Part shown: one piece after another, positions 11,409 to 27,478 of the stretch
How positions within the stretch are numbered: position 1 is the first letter of the stretch
How the letters are laid out: each line of letters begins with the position of its first letter
Source of the DNA: Chrysomallon squamiferum
Taxonomy: Eukaryota; Animalia; Mollusca
Length of the DNA: 64,000 nucleotides
Direction: 5' to 3'
Assembly: GCA_012295275.1 (NCBI GenBank)
Contig: CM022669.1
Location: 1,612,001 to 1,676,000, forward strand
Program-made: the position numbers and the translations under genes
Notes under the pieces: generated by a model
Databases searched by the model: none
The model's input: the letters and a program-made list of their open reading frames with translations, nothing else
What the model was told of the DNA's origin: nothing

Positions 11409-13807
11409 GCAGACTGACGGATTAATGTATGAACTGGAGTGTGGTTCTTGAAATAAAGTGATATATTGCTTTTTCTTCTTTTCATTATTCTCATAGAAAT
11501 TGTTGTTGTTCGTTTTTGCTTCTAAACTTAAAAGCAGTTAAAAAAAAAAATAAACACATGCTGTTAAAAAGACGTTATAAATCCTGTAATACGATGTCTT
11601 TCTGTTATCAATTTTACTGATCATTTTAAACTTCAGTATAAAAGATAATCTCGGAACAGAATAAAACATCTCATATTTATTTATTAAGTCCCATTGTGAA
11701 ATGTTTTGATTAACATACATAACCCATCGTCAAACAACTGGCATCTGAAAAATTATGTACACAGATATATATCATAGCAGCCTAAGTCAAAGAATGATCT
11801 AAACACAATAAAAAGGTTCTACAGTTTTAAAATTTGTCTCGTTTTTTCAAATTGTGACTAAAAGTTAAAAGTATGAAATTGAGACAAACTGATAAGAATT
11901 AGCATCTCTTCATTAACAACTGAGGTGTCACCAATGTGGTACTGACTTCTTTCTTTTTTTACTATACTTGACTATATGGAAAGTAGAGTAGAAATATTGG
12001 TGATATCAGCTGCTCTAGTAGCAATAATAATAAGAAGACCAACAACAACAATAATTGCAATGTGAATAGTAATAGTGGTATTAGTAAAAGAATAGCTGTA
12101 GTAATAATTGTATTACTAAAACAGAATTAATATTAGTATTAACAGTAGCTGTAGCTATTCAATAGTAGAAGTAGTAGTAGTAGTAGTTGCTGTAATAGTA
12201 GTAGTGGTAGTAGTAGTAGCAGTACTAGTAGTAGTAGTAGTATTAGCATACGAAAATAGTAATAATAAATATGAAAATTATGAAAATAACAAATGATGAT
12301 AACGAATACGATAATCTTGCTAGCTAGTCCAGTTTGAAAGTATACGTTCGCTTTATTCATTAATACAATCTGTTTGATCTGTGTTTATGCACAGTACGTA
12401 ATGAAAACTTCACAGAATGAACTTCAAAGTGAAGCGTTGGGTCTGAAGCAAATAAATCTGCCGAACTTTCTCCGCCCTATTTAGAAATTATAACTTCTTT
12501 AACAATATTAAGTTAATATTCAATAGTTGGAGTTTTCTTTCTTTCTTTCTTTAGGATTGTTTTTTTTGTTTTTTTGTTTTTTTTCAGTTTGGTTTGTTGT
12601 TTTTTGTTTTTCTTTGTTTCTTTTCTTTCTTCTTTTTAATTTTAATTGTTTGTTGCTTTTTTTAATTAATTGACTACTTTGTCGTATTTATTTATTTTTA
12701 AATTTATTAATTATTTATTTGTTTTAAGTTTATTTTATTATTTATATATTATAATAAAAAAAAATTCTCATACTGAATTTCTTCTGTAAATCAGCTGTAG
12801 TAACTATAACGAATGAATAAATAATTTTAATTATTTACTGTTATTAGACATAATGTTTTATGCTGTAATACCAATAGGACGATAATTATGAAATAAGAAA
12901 TCTTCTGCCGCTGTCTTCTTTTATCAATTAACAACAAGGCATCTTTCTCATCAACCTTCCTCAAGGCCTTTGATACTGATGCTACTAATTCTTTCACTAT
13001 AGCTATTGGTACTTCTACTACTGTTACTACTACTACTATTACTACTACTGGTACTATTACTTCTACTATAAATCAAAAAGCTATTCTGTTACTACAATGG
13101 TTGCTACTACAACTACTAAGTTGTCTATTGCTGCAGGTACAAAAACTCTTGATTCTGTAACATTAGATGAAATTGCTACTGTTACAACTGATAGAAAAAT
13201 TAATAATTTCTTGTGAATTTAACATATTTAACAGCTTTGTCAATTAGTGTACAGAACTGCGGTTTGGCTCTTGACAAGAGGTTATTTTACTGAGGCGATG
13301 AGCTCCACGTGAACCTAATCGATTTCACGTAATCAGACAATGTAAACCAGATGTCACGCTCAGGTTTAAATCACATACGTGGGGAAAACCAGGAACTGGG
13401 CATTTCAGAGTACCACGAAACTGAACACTTAGCAAACTAACAGAGCTCTCGTCCATAGTCTCTCTATTAATATCTTATTAATAACAAATGTTCGTTTACA
13501 GCTAATTTAGAATTGTTTAGAATCATTTTATATTCACAGGTATTATATTAGATTTTGTTTTATTTCAGATATCAGTCCTTTTATTATGTTTTAACAGTTG
13601 CAATTCATCCTGTGATGAAAGGGATTTTTTGGCTTGCGATGGAACAGCTATCATTACTATTTCTTCTTCACACATGCACACATACAGAGACACACAAACA
13701 CACACAAACTAGCGCTGAATTTGTATTCTTATTTCCAGTAAAAATGTTTGGTGTGACACATTAGTGCAACATACTACTGCTACAACTACTACTGCTACTA
13801 ATAATGA

Positions 13808-13838
<31 letters not shown>

Positions 13839-14130
13839 CCATTACCTTCAACAGAAAAAATGGAAGTTTTTCTTTGTTTATGTTTTCACCACACATTCTG
13901 TTTTATTTGAATAAACATTTTTGCATCTATTAAATCGTAACGGTCTCTGTGTTGGAATGTAAACAACATGAACACATGGTCTCTGGCACATCAGATCACA
14001 CAACTTTCCTGTTTTCATTTATTGGACAAAATTAATACTTTTCAAAAATAACATCTGTTTCATGGATCTTTAAATGTAGTTTTACGTACATATACTATTA
14101 AATGTCTGAATTATTATTATTATTATTATT

Positions 14131-14169
<39 letters not shown>

Positions 14170-16829
14170 ATACTTATTTATTGTCATCATTTTGCAGCAC
14201 CTAATAATATATCTGCTACTACACTGTTTACATTACTACTAAGACTATTACTGCTACTACTATTGCTATTACTACCAACACTAAAACTAATTCTGCTCAA
14301 AACACCATTGCTACCATCATCACCAGCAAAACTATTACTGTTATTATTATTACAATTAAGTAATATTACAATTACTACTACCACTACTTCTATCAGTGTT
14401 ATTTACATCGTTAATTATTTTAATATTTGTTGTAGGTATATTTTTATCATCATTATCATATTGCTCATCATATTCATCACCGTCATTATCATCATAACTG
14501 TACCATACTTCCGAGTGGTTACATAAATGTACTCTATCTTAAGCCCTATCTCATCAAATAATACAAACTAACAAATAATTACATTCTTTTGCATAATAAA
14601 TTAGATTTCGTATCTTAATTGTTCACTTAGCGAACTTTCATCTTCCATTTCTTATCTCTAGTGTTTAGATGTATCTTGCTAACAGTGAAAAAGTTAGTTT
14701 ATTGCACTTAAACTGCAATCATCCAGAAAAAATAATTTTCCGAGATAAACTCGGTATGAGGGGAGATATCAACATTAAACGATTTGTCTTCAGATATCGT
14801 CCTCCGAGTCTAGTCAACGACATCTGACGTTTGTGATTGGATTTTGTCTTCAGTGCTAGAGCCGTCCCGAAAATTGTCTATGTGCAGTTTAATCAGACAT
14901 ACGATAGCGAAAATTCATACCTAAATATTTACATACATACATTCATACGTACGTACAATTTAATTGTAAACATTCATATTATTATCAATAAAACAAATTT
15001 ATTTTATCTGGTCTTTTTCTGTTTTTCTATTTTTATTCTTTCTTTCAGGAAGCTTCAGAATAATAATAATATATCAATATTTTATATTACATGTGTATTT
15101 TATCAGTATTATATAAAGCACAACATTTTCTTTTATATGTTCACGTATAGTCAGTTAAATTATCTAAAAATAAAGGATACGCGTAATTCATTCGTTTTTG
15201 TCAGAAAGAAAGATAAGAAATTACGATCCGTGCGATAAATGATACACATCAATGCGAAGTTAACTGAGATATTTTAAAAATAATTATACTAGCTATCTGC
15301 GATAACACACCTATATCAGACTTGTAACTGTACACTTTTATACACATCTTTTACTGAATCTGTCAGTCAGTCAGTCTTTATCATCAAAAGTTAGCATTTT
15401 GACTCGGATATAGAAACTATATATCTCTTTATTGATATTTAAACATGTATAATTTTTTTAATGAGATCTTTAAAGAAAATTGTTTTGTATGTAACTTTCT
15501 TCAACATCTTACATCATGAACAAATTAGCTGCAGTAAATTATGTTTCAGAGACGAAAAGATTATATCACAGATCTCATCATGTCTCAAAATTAAAACTCT
15601 TTATTGTTCCATTTAGGTTCCCAATCACTTTCACTATCTTTCTATCTGTCATTCTCTCTCCTTTTCTTTCTTTTTCTGGCATTCTTCAATGTGACATTTT
15701 AGGAATAGTTAGATATAAATATATTGGCAGTAGTTTAAATCTAGTATTGATAGATATTAATTTAAGTATGATAGAAGTACAGAGAATCAAATACAAGTGT
15801 TATGACAGTAATACAGACATATATCTGCTAGTCATTTAGACATACATCAGCAACATCTGTCTAATAACAGAGTGAAAGTTAGTTTAAACGATACAAGTAT
15901 AACACGCGTTTGTCAGTGAATTCAAAACCGTTAGGACTGCACGCTGACAAAAGATATCTAGATCGAATCCCACATTCAACTAATATTTTTATATCTTTGC
16001 TATTGTGAATGTGAATGTGAATGTTGTGAGTTTTAAAGTATTTGTGAGTTCAGTAAATATGAGACTGAGAAAAAAAGAAATGAAACTAAATAAAGTAATT
16101 CTATCAAATTTATAAAATATATATATATTTAGAAAAAGAAAAAAAAATGTTCTTGAAATTAGAATATTGTTGCTCAAGCAAAAAATGTATTAAACTTTAA
16201 AATTTTCCATCGTAGTAGTATTTTATTGCAACACTTTATTAAACAGATAACTACAAAATAATAATTATCTCATTAATTTTCCATCTATGAACTGATGTCA
16301 CGAAACTAAAAAAGAAATGGCGGTATTGGCATATTTCTGAAACAGTAATATTTTAGATTTATCCTAATAAAACTGTTTTCATCATTTTCCCACTGATAAT
16401 AATTCAGCTGCTTTTAGTGCAGAGATTTAACAACAGCGCCAAAGAGTTAGTCAAATTAACTCCTTTGAGTTTATTATTATTATTTTTATATATTATTGTC
16501 CTTATTACTGTTTTCTGTGATTGTTTTTGTTATTATTGTTATTACTGGTCATCGTCGTCGATCGGTCGGTCTTGATGGGCCGGTATAATGATGTGTATAA
16601 TCTGAAGGTACTTAGTTCAAATATAGGGTGAAAATTTAAGTCACACTGAACAACGTACTCCACGTACTCCATATACGAAAGAAACTTGTTTAAGATTTCT
16701 TACTAATAACAACAAACAAAACAAACAAAAAAAACATTGAAAAAGAGTAAACTGTGGGCTTTGATACTGAGAACTTTGTCATCTCTCTGTCTCTCTCTCT
16801 GTCTCTCTCTCTCTCTGTCTCTGTCTCTG

Positions 16830-16915
<86 letters not shown>

Positions 16916-18487
16916 ACTCTGTGTATGTGTGTGTGTATGTTGTGTGTTTAACCAAGTAAAAATTTGACTTTCAGAGAGAAATATGTTTAGGTGGTCTTTT
17001 TTTCACACCTGTTACTGTCAGACTGTTCAGTGGCAGATCATGAAGGAAGAAGACTCGTGAACTCTGCTTGTCATATTTATGTGATTGATGACGACAAACC
17101 CAGCAAGTGCGCATCCCGAGCATTTCGTTATAAAAGGATATCCAGGGATAAATATAGTATATATATTGCTGCAATTTCGTAGCACATTCGAGGAATGATT
17201 TTTTAAATTTATATTTTCTTCTTTGTGAAAAGCTTTTTTCTCTTTTAAAGAATCTTTTCATACCTTTCAGAAAAACTTTAAGCAAAAATAAAATATAAAT
17301 TTGTCTTTTTTAAACAATTTTAATCTCACTTATATAAACTACTTTCAACCATTTTAGAAATCAGTAAATACAAAGAAAAGTTGTAACTGTATAGATACTG
17401 ATAAAAAATAAATAAAAAAATTAAAATATCGTTAATATATATATATTTAAAAACTACATCTATCAAAAAAAGTACAATATAAAGTTTTACTTTAAAAGGT
17501 ACAAAAATAATGCAGCTTAATTTTAAAATACCAGTTCTGTACGCGTTAATGTTAAGAGTCAGATGTTGACATGTCTCTACACATACACAAGCTCAGACAT
17601 GAAATCTGCAGATAAAAATAAACTGATTCATCCAGTGGATCCATCCGTTCAAAGACACACAAACACGTACATACATACATACATACATACATACATACAT
17701 ACATACATACAAACATAAATATACATACATACATACATACCTTCATACATACATAAATTCATACATACATACATATATACATACATACATTCAAACACAT
17801 ACACACACATACATATATAAACTTACAAACATACATACATACATTATTAATTTCTTACCTTTCTTTCTTCAACACAACATGATAACTTGTACAACGGTAA
17901 ACCGAGATAATATGCAGTAAAGAGTAAATTATGAAGAAGGTCTGTAAACAGGATATCTCGACTGTGACATCACAGAGCTGTGACTGACTAGAGAGGATTA
18001 CCACATCTAATCACCAGTGTCATTACAGCAGAAGTGACTGCTGACAAATCTATCATCCACAAATTAGTCACTGACCGACATACCTGAACTATATTTTAAA
18101 CAAAATATATGTCATTTAAATGTCCATGTAAACTAGTTAACAGTGAAATGATACCAGCTGTTTCCATACAAAACTGTTTCAATAGTTATAAGAGAATTTG
18201 TTTGAATATAATGGTTTCAATGTTTTATTTTCATATAAGAACATTTTCACTTGTTTATTTGAACGATCTCCAATGACAATTGTTTAACTTGCCTTTCTCT
18301 AATCACAGTAAGCGACAGTGGATGCGATAGATTAGCGATACAAACGTAGTTTATGTGGGAAAATGGATAATTTAATAAGGAAAAGTAGATCATGTTCATC
18401 TGTAAAATATTATTATTTCCACAGAATCTTCTTTTCAACATTTTCCTTTTTTGGAAAAATAATAAACGGTTTTGTGCGTGTTTGTGG

Positions 18488-18555
<68 letters not shown>

Positions 18556-18613
18556 TAGAATGATTATTTTCAACTAATTTTCTCCTTTTACTTTTTAGTT
18601 CTTCTTCTTCTTC

Positions 18614-18651
<38 letters not shown>

Positions 18652-19723
18652 TATTTTTTTTTTTTCTGAATATCTTTTCCTATCGACCCATTCATGTCTT
18701 TTCGTACGTTTCCGTAAACCGTCAGGATTAATGCTTCAGTGATTTGTTTTCCTTTCCAGTAAGTCTTTAAACCTTTAAACCTTTATTTTTTATTCTTTCT
18801 TCTTTTTTCTTTCGTTCTATACAGGTCCTTTTTTTTTTTAAATTTCTATTTCTTTCGCTTCCTTTTTTTTTCTCATATTTAATTGTTCATAATACCAATA
18901 AGTCATTACAGTCCTAAGTCTTAATAAAAATAGGTCGTAATATTTGTAAGTCATGTGCTATAATAAGACAGAGCTAATGTATTTGCTACTTGATTATGTC
19001 ATGTTGATTGCTGAGAGAGACTGGCTGAGAAAGACACGCAAAGTCAAGTCGGAGTGAAGTGTATTGATTCTCACCATCTGTTAGCGGTTTAAGAGAAAAG
19101 AAACAAGATCAGTTTACATACTAAGATGTCGGGTTTTACTTTGCTTTCATACTTAAATACATATTAGTACTGCATATATATTTACAAAGTTTATTAATTT
19201 AGATATACATACCAAGAAGACGTATATACGAAGACACACGTATACAACATACACATATAGAGACACAAATACACACACATACGCACACACAAACATGCAT
19301 ACATGCGTACATACACAAAACGATGGAGATGAAACGCCGAACAAAGATAACATAGATAAAACTTAACACTACGTACTTGCAGTATTATTTCAAAGTTGTT
19401 GTTTTTACGACCCCTAGTAGTTTTTATCTGAGAAGCAAACTGACTCGAAGAACAGATTTGTTTATCGATTTCTAACTGATCTATTGTCAGAAGAATGTGA
19501 AAACACAAACCGGATAATTATGTTACCTGTGGGTTTTTACAAATAATATAGCTAACTGGTAACACTTAGCAGTGATTCTGTATAGATAATCTATATCTGT
19601 GACTTGAGCAGAAAAATCTGTTTGCACATAATTTGTGTCTTCAGCTACAGCTAAAAAGAGATTAAAATTAAGATTAACATTAGAAAGAAATAATTTACAA
19701 ATTAGGAATATTGGATAGATAGA

Positions 19724-19883
<160 letters not shown>

Positions 19884-22040
19884 CCGACACACACACAAAC
19901 AGACTGACCATACAGGATTTTTACAGCCACCGAAGACGAGATATATAGTTGAATTACTACACAGTAGGTTTTTCGTTATTCAATAAAATAAAATTAACAT
20001 ACCAGTGGGAACAAAAACATCCCATCACCGACGACTGACTAAATCTGATAAGGCAAGCAGGGATTTAAAGATGACAATTTACAAGCAGGTTTGGCCTGAA
20101 GGTGTCGTCAATTTACGATAAACAGAAAGAGTAAACAACTAACTCTTGAGTTTCTGCAATTATTACAGTCATGTGTCTTCAGTACTTCTGTGCGCTAAAT
20201 CACACTGGAGACTACTTCAATCGCAAAGTTAATTTTTTTTATTTGCTTTCACAAAAGTTTTGTGAAATACGAGGAGTCGAAGAAAAAAACCTGAAAAAAT
20301 CTGAGAATGAGAGGGCGTGAGAAGTAGTTAAAGCGGAGAGAAAAAAGAGATATATATATATTTTAAGACCGACTCAAGACAGACATAGAGATAGAGAGGC
20401 AGAGCAAGAGAAAGATAAAGAATAAAGAGGTAGATAGATAGCGAGAGGACAGAGGGAAAGAGTCAGAGAGAGATATAAAAAAGAGCTAATCAGAGAAACT
20501 AATTTCCAGTACAGCTGCTGGCAAAAATAACATGAATGATTTCATTCAACAAATTTTAAAAAAATCACTAATGCTATTGTGAATGTAATAGTTTAAAAAA
20601 TAGTTATATATCATTTTTTATTATTTCTTTTTTTACCAACATTTAACTTTATCACCTTAAATATGAAAATGATTCAACGAATAATCTAAAAAAATATATT
20701 ATTCCCTTCTATCAACAGTGTCTGTATCCGTGCAAGTTACAGTTGTCGTTACACCTTGGTGAATTAACTGACAATTTTAACACAAAAAGCTTCACGTGAT
20801 AAACAGTTTTTTGTGCTCGCGGTGTTTTCGCTTCGATGAATAAGGAAATTTAACAGAAAATACAAAAAAGCTGTTTGACCTATGACATGTACTTCTATTT
20901 CAAATGTCATTAAAAGGTTTTCATTTCGTGGCATACAAAAAAAAAACCCCATTATAATAATAATAACTTAATTTTAGTTTTTGGCTTTTGAGATCTTAAA
21001 TACAGAGAACTGATATAGATATGTACGTAAACTGATGTAAATTACATCCTTTGGTTTTGTGTGTTTGTGAAGAAACTCATCTACCAACTTATATGTCTAC
21101 CTACCTACCAACATATATAAATACATATCCGCAACGCACATACATGCTACATCAATGTGTGAAAATGTGTTTGTGTTGTGTTATGTTTCTAGCTGTGGTT
21201 CGATGGTAAGATTCGGTTGATCAATCCTGTCTTTTCATATACTTTAAAATTAAATTTAATGTTTTATAACATGTGTTTATATTCTATCTGCTTTGTACTG
21301 GACACGGCAAAAACTTTTTTTCAGTTTCCTGTGACACGTTTATTTATTTTTAACGTTCCCTTTCTTTACGAGTGAGTGAGAAAGTCAGATTGGCTTCATT
21401 CTTGTGCTATACATCTCTGCGGTAGTCAGTGATTTTAGAATAGAATTATTATTGTAGTTATTAAGTTTTAAGACATTTTAAAACTACTGTATTCGTTTCA
21501 ATAGGATAATAGAATATCAAAAAACAGTATTATTTCTTTCAGTGCGATAAACTAATTTACTATATCAGTGTATGTAGCAGAACAAATACACTTAATAACG
21601 AATTTATTGTAATATAAATATATTTTTTTTTTTTAATGGGGTTATTGGTAGGCAGTTTGAAAAGAATAAAGAATGTACAAACTGCTGTTTTTGTAAGATA
21701 AACTTCGAGCTATCTAACTGCTCTGTACAACAAAAAAACAAAAAAACAATCGTTGCTCTGGCTCTAGGAAGAAAGATTCCTTTGTGATCAATATAGAAAA
21801 TAGGTGGATGATTTTCATTATGCAAATACAGAAAAATCTTTGCATAAATCATTTTAAAAAATAATGATAATAAATATTGATGAATTATATGTTAATTAAT
21901 TATTTTTTAAAACAATAACTCTTGAAAGGCTAGTAGTTGTTGGTAGACGTTATTAGTAAAAGTAATTATTTTAAATAGTATTTATTTATTTAGATGTTTT
22001 TGTTATTGCTTTTGTTGCTGTTGTTCATCATCACTATCAC

Positions 22041-22086
<46 letters not shown>

Positions 22087-22342
22087 ATTATTATTATCAT
22101 TATTACTATTAAATTTGTTAAGACAAATGCTTTATATAAAGAAATGAAATAGGAAACATTTTACTTGTATTAATAAATGCTGTTTTGTAAAACAAAATTC
22201 TATTAAAGTGACATTTGTAAACAAAACAGAAAAACATAAAAAGAATAAAATTTACAGGTTCTTGAATTATGACGATCACGTTAAAACCAACAACTACTGA
22301 AATTTAAAAACATCAGAGAGGGACGCGTTATAAGACCAGCTA

Positions 22343-22379
<37 letters not shown>

Positions 22380-23529
22380 TCTCTGTGATGAAATATATAT
22401 TTCTTGTCGGATATATCAAGAACGCCTTAAACTATAAACCTGTCTACATTTTCAGTCTGCAGTCTCAATGGGTGTGTGTGTTTATATGGAGATAAAAGTG
22501 CGTATCTATGCGGCGTATCGTGCGCTTACAATAACAGCGACAGAGTAGGGGAATAAATACATACAGTTTGTATCTTAAATGTACAGTTCTCTTCATGCAG
22601 TAACAGACAGACAGAATGGGAAACAGAAAATGATTTTATATTTGTACGTTCAAAACGATTTATTTCGTTATACCCCTAGATGAACAGTTTCTGTAAATCG
22701 TAATGTATAAACATATAGACAATACATGTACATAATTCCATACATACATACAGACATACAGAGATACATACATACATACATACATACATAAATACATACA
22801 TACATACACACAGATACTATACATACATAATTAAAAGTATAAACATATAAACAAATACAAGCATAATGGTAATTTATTTTATTTTATTTGCATCAAAGTA
22901 ATAAATTTATATGTAAACATACGATTCAGGTTAATAAAAAGAACATCACAGGACGAGTAGAATCACATGTTTTATAAACGACCATTTGTACAACTTAACA
23001 ATTATTAACAATTATCTTTTAAAATATTTCATTAAACGTCTTAACAAATAATGTTGAGATATTATCAATGCTGAGATTTAGTAATAAAACCTATTCACAT
23101 GATCAGTATTCAAATGTTACACTTAATCTCTGTATATCACAGTAGGTTTTAATTAAATTCGAATATAAAAATTCAGAATAAGTTGTAAATAAATTATCAA
23201 TAAACAGACGAAATATAGCAAGGGATGTGTTCAATAAAGAGGAAAATGAAATTGTTAATATATTTATTGTTGCAGTAAATGTAAAGGTTTTTGTTCCTTT
23301 TTTTTATTATTTAGTTTGTAAGGCAGGAAGTACTTAGTATTAGTATGAATCGTTTTTTTCTTCATAAAAACGATTACCTATCTGTATACCTCTAACTGTC
23401 TGACTGTCTGTCTATTTACCTACCTACCTACATATATATATGTGTGTGTGTCTAGTTATAGATATAAGACATCAGCTGAGCAGATATCAATGTACATAAT
23501 AATAATAATAACTATGTTATACAGATCCA

Positions 23530-25575
23530 GAGAGTATAGATAGAGTATAGACAGAGTAATGGGTATAGTGGAGTAGAGATAGAGTATAGACAGAGTAATG
23601 AGTATAGTGGAGTATAGATAGAGTATAGACAGAGTAATGAGTATAGTGGAGTATAGATAGAGTATAGACAGAGTAATGAGTATAGTGGAGTAGAGATAGA
23701 GTAATGAGTATAGTGGAGTATAGATAGAGTATAGACAGAGTAATGAGTATAGTGGAGTAGAGATAGAGTAATGAGTATAGTGGAGTATAGATAGAGTAAT
23801 GAGTATAGTGGAGTATAGATAGAGTAATGAGTATAGTGGAGTAGAGATAGAGTAATGAGTATAGTGGAGTAGAGATAGAGTAATGAGTATAGTGGAGTAG
23901 AGATAGAGTAATGAGTATAGTGGAGTATAGATAGAGTATAGACAGAGTAATGAGTATAGTGGAGTATAGATAGAGTAATGAGTATAGTGGAGTATAGATA
24001 GAGTAATGATTATAGTGGAGTATAGATAGAGTAATGAGTATAGTGGAGTATAGATAGAGTAATGATTATAGTGGAGTATAGATAGAGTATAGACAGAGTA
24101 ATGAGTATAGTGGAGTAGAGATAGAGTAATGAGTATAGTGGAGTAGAGATAGAGTAATGAGTATAGTGGAGTATAGATAGAGTATAGACAGAGTAATGAG
24201 TATAGTGGAGTAGAGATAGAGTAATGAGTATAGTGGAGTAGAGATAGAGTATAGACAGAGTAATGAGTATAGTGGAGTAGAGATAGAGTAATGAGTATAG
24301 TGGAGTATAGATAGAGTAATGAGTATAGTGGAGTATAGATAGAGTAATGAGTATAGTGGAGTATAGATAGAGTAATGAGTATAGTGGAGTATAGATAGAG
24401 TATAGACAGAGTAATGAGTATAGTGGAGTAGAGATAGAGTAATGAGTATAGTGGAGTATAGATAGAGTATTGACAGAGTAATGAGTATAGTAGAGTATAG
24501 ATAGAGTATAGACAGAGTAATGAGTATAGATAGAGTATAGACAGAGTAATGAGTATAGATAGAGTATAGACAGAGTAATGAGTATAGATAGAGTATAGAC
24601 AGAGTAATGAGTATAGATAGAGTATAGACAGAGTAATGAGTATAGTGGAGTATAGATAGAGTAATAAGTATAGTGGAGTACAGACAGAGTAATTAGTATA
24701 ATGGAGTATAGATAGAGTGTAGATAGAGTAATGAGGATATTGGAGTATAGATAAATGAGGATAGTGGAGTATAGATAGAGTACAGAGTAATTAGTATAAC
24801 GGAGTATAGATAGAGTAATGAGGATATTGGAGTATAGATAAATGAGGATAGTGGAGTATAGATAGAGTACAGAGTAATTAGTATAACGGAGTATAGATAG
24901 AGTACAGATAGCATAATGAGGATAGTCGAGTATAGATAGAGTATAGACAGAGTACAGACAGAGTAATTAGTATAATGGAGTATAGATAGAGTGTAGATAG
25001 AGTAATAAGGATATTGGAGTATAGATAGAGTAATGAGGATAGTGGAGTATAGATAGAGTATAGACAGAGTACAGAGTAATTAGTATAACGGAGTATAGAT
25101 AGAGTACAGATAGCATAATGAGGATAGTCGAGTATAGCTAGAGTATAGTCAGAGTAATGGGGATATTGGAGTATAGATAGAGTAATGAGTATAGTGGTGT
25201 GTAGATAGAGTATAGATAGAGTAATGAGTACAGTGGAGTATAGATAGAGTAATGAGGATATGGAGTATAGATAGAGTAATGAGTATAGTGGAGTATAGAC
25301 AGAGTATAGATAGAGTAATAAGGATATGGAGTATAGATAGAGTAATGAGTATAGTGGAGTATAGATAGAATATAGATAGAGTAATGAGGATATGGAGTAT
25401 AGATAGAGTAATGAGGATATTGGAGTATAGATAGAGTATAGATAGAGTAATGAGTATAGTGGAGTAGAGATAGAGTAATGAGTATAGTGGAGTATAGATA
25501 GAGTAATGAGTATAGTGGAGTATAGATAGTGTAATGAGTATAGTGGAGTATAGATAGTGTAATGAGGATAGTGGT
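23530..25575. repeat. ~2-kb minisatellite with 28-bp and 39-bp unit variants
   Basis: Unit agagtaatgagtatagtggagtaWagat, with or without an extra 11-mer agagtatagac. A more diverged block lies at ~24660-25400. Confidence 0.97.
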
Positions 25576-26225
25576 TGAGAGTTATGGTATCAGAGTTTAC
25601 TGTTAATTAAATAACCAGTACATGTTATTACTCCTTCACTTAATCACACTCATATGCGTGTATACGTATTTACACTGGGATACAACTAGCGCACATACAT
25701 CCTCACAACCATGCACACACACGTGAAGACGCATACACGTTATCCACATATAATTCATATATATGTTACATCATTACTCTAATTCTGATATCCTTAATAG
25801 CAAAATATACAAAAAAATCACATTGTTCTAGTTGTTGCAGCAGTTGTTGTATACTATTTCAGATTACATTTATTATGGTTGATACTTTTATACTATAACG
25901 CCATTTAAAAACATACTCTCAGTAAACGTTTTATTTTCAAAATGTTATATATTTTTATAATTCTATTTGTCATCTTAATGGCTTATTAAGGATCGTAAAA
26001 TTACATAAAAGTACGTGTAATATCTGAAATATTATATATTATTACTATTTAACCATTATTTATTATTATTTTCTTCCCTTTTTATTTTTATTTTTTTAAA
26101 TTATTATTATCGATTTAAAACTGTCACTTTGTATGATCAAGGAAACTAAAAAAATCAAGAAATTTTGAATATCGTATTATTTTATATATATATTATATAA
26201 ATACATGCATACATATATACATATT

Positions 26226-26268
<43 letters not shown>

Positions 26269-26942
26269 TACACACATATATATACATATATACATACAAA
26301 TATATATAGACACATACATACATACGTGTATATTGTCCCGGCATATATATACTTTATAAAACTCAGACAATACTTTGTCTTTTTCTTACATAGCTGAAAA
26401 ACCTACAATATGATACACTCGCAAGCTGATTTATAATAAAAATAATGAACAAACCTCTTATCTACGGAACTAATATTTTACATGAGAAATCCACGTAAAT
26501 CTCTTTAAATGTTCATTGCTCTCTCCTGCTGTAGGTATCTGTTTACTCTGTTTAAACCTGACACTTAACCAAGTTCGGAAATCAATAAAAGTGACGAACT
26601 AAATCATTTGTTTCTAATTTAATCTGCTCAAACAAGTTTTACATGTAAAATTAATGCTGACAGTTGGATTATGACAAGGAACGCTCTTCGTCTTATTGCA
26701 TTTCTCAGTCGTATAAATAAGTCAGCTAAGTTACTTTTTTACTGTGTACACTTTCTACGAGAGATTTAATCATATACTTATTTAAACAGATTTTGGCTTC
26801 TCGAGTCTAAAACATTTTCCTGGCTTGTTTTCAACAAAGACTGGATGAATAAAAGTACTCACAGAAATCAGGGACGCTTATGTTTCATTAACAGTCAAAT
26901 CTGGTTAATTATAGATCAGAAAAATGAAAATGTATTTCTTAC

Positions 26943-27370
26943 CTTTATCTCTTTTCATATATCCGTTTGCACGAAATGGTATAGTTACTCCAAATACTCT
27001 TTCCAGATAAATTTCTCCCTTGGATTAGTTAAACGTCTGTAGTCCGAACAACTTTCACAACTACTGACAGACCTGTCAATCAGTTCAGTGGGATTTCCTC
27101 TCCCCGAAGTCGGAGAGACCGTTTTGCGCATGGGCGATACAGTTCAAGTCTAGAAGGCACATTTAGGGTTCGTTGAATGAACTAAGACCAGCGAATTCGG
27201 CGAATCTGTAAACGAGCTGAGGTTCTGGGTTGCAGATAAACACAGCGCACAGACTGTTTGTTGAAAGTCACGAGAAGTAAAGCGGTTTCAGATGTTGTAT
27301 ACCAGGCTAACGAGAGCTGTATAGGGAGTAAATGCACTTTAAAGGTTTTTCAGTTGTGTCGGACATGCGT
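26943..27370 (-). promoter_or_regulatory. Candidate promoter and first exon
   Basis: CpG- and GC-richer island at 27040-27370 with GGGATTTCC (NF-kB-like, 27090-27098) and TGCGCATG (NRF1-like, 27125-27132). Inr-like TCAGT at ~27065 and strong donor AAG|GTAAGA at 26942. Confidence 0.35.
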
Positions 27371-27421
27371 AGAGGGTATTACTTGGAAATGTGTAATTTG
27401 AAGATTGAATAATTTATTGTT

Positions 27422-27478
<57 letters not shown>

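Noticed and set aside
13953-13974. TGGAATGTAAA, identical to the 5' half of miR-1
   Set aside because: It diverges after nt 11 and has no complementary arm to form a precursor.
21190-21230. tRNA A/B-box-like sequence
   Set aside because: Too degenerate and no cloverleaf. At most a SINE head remnant.
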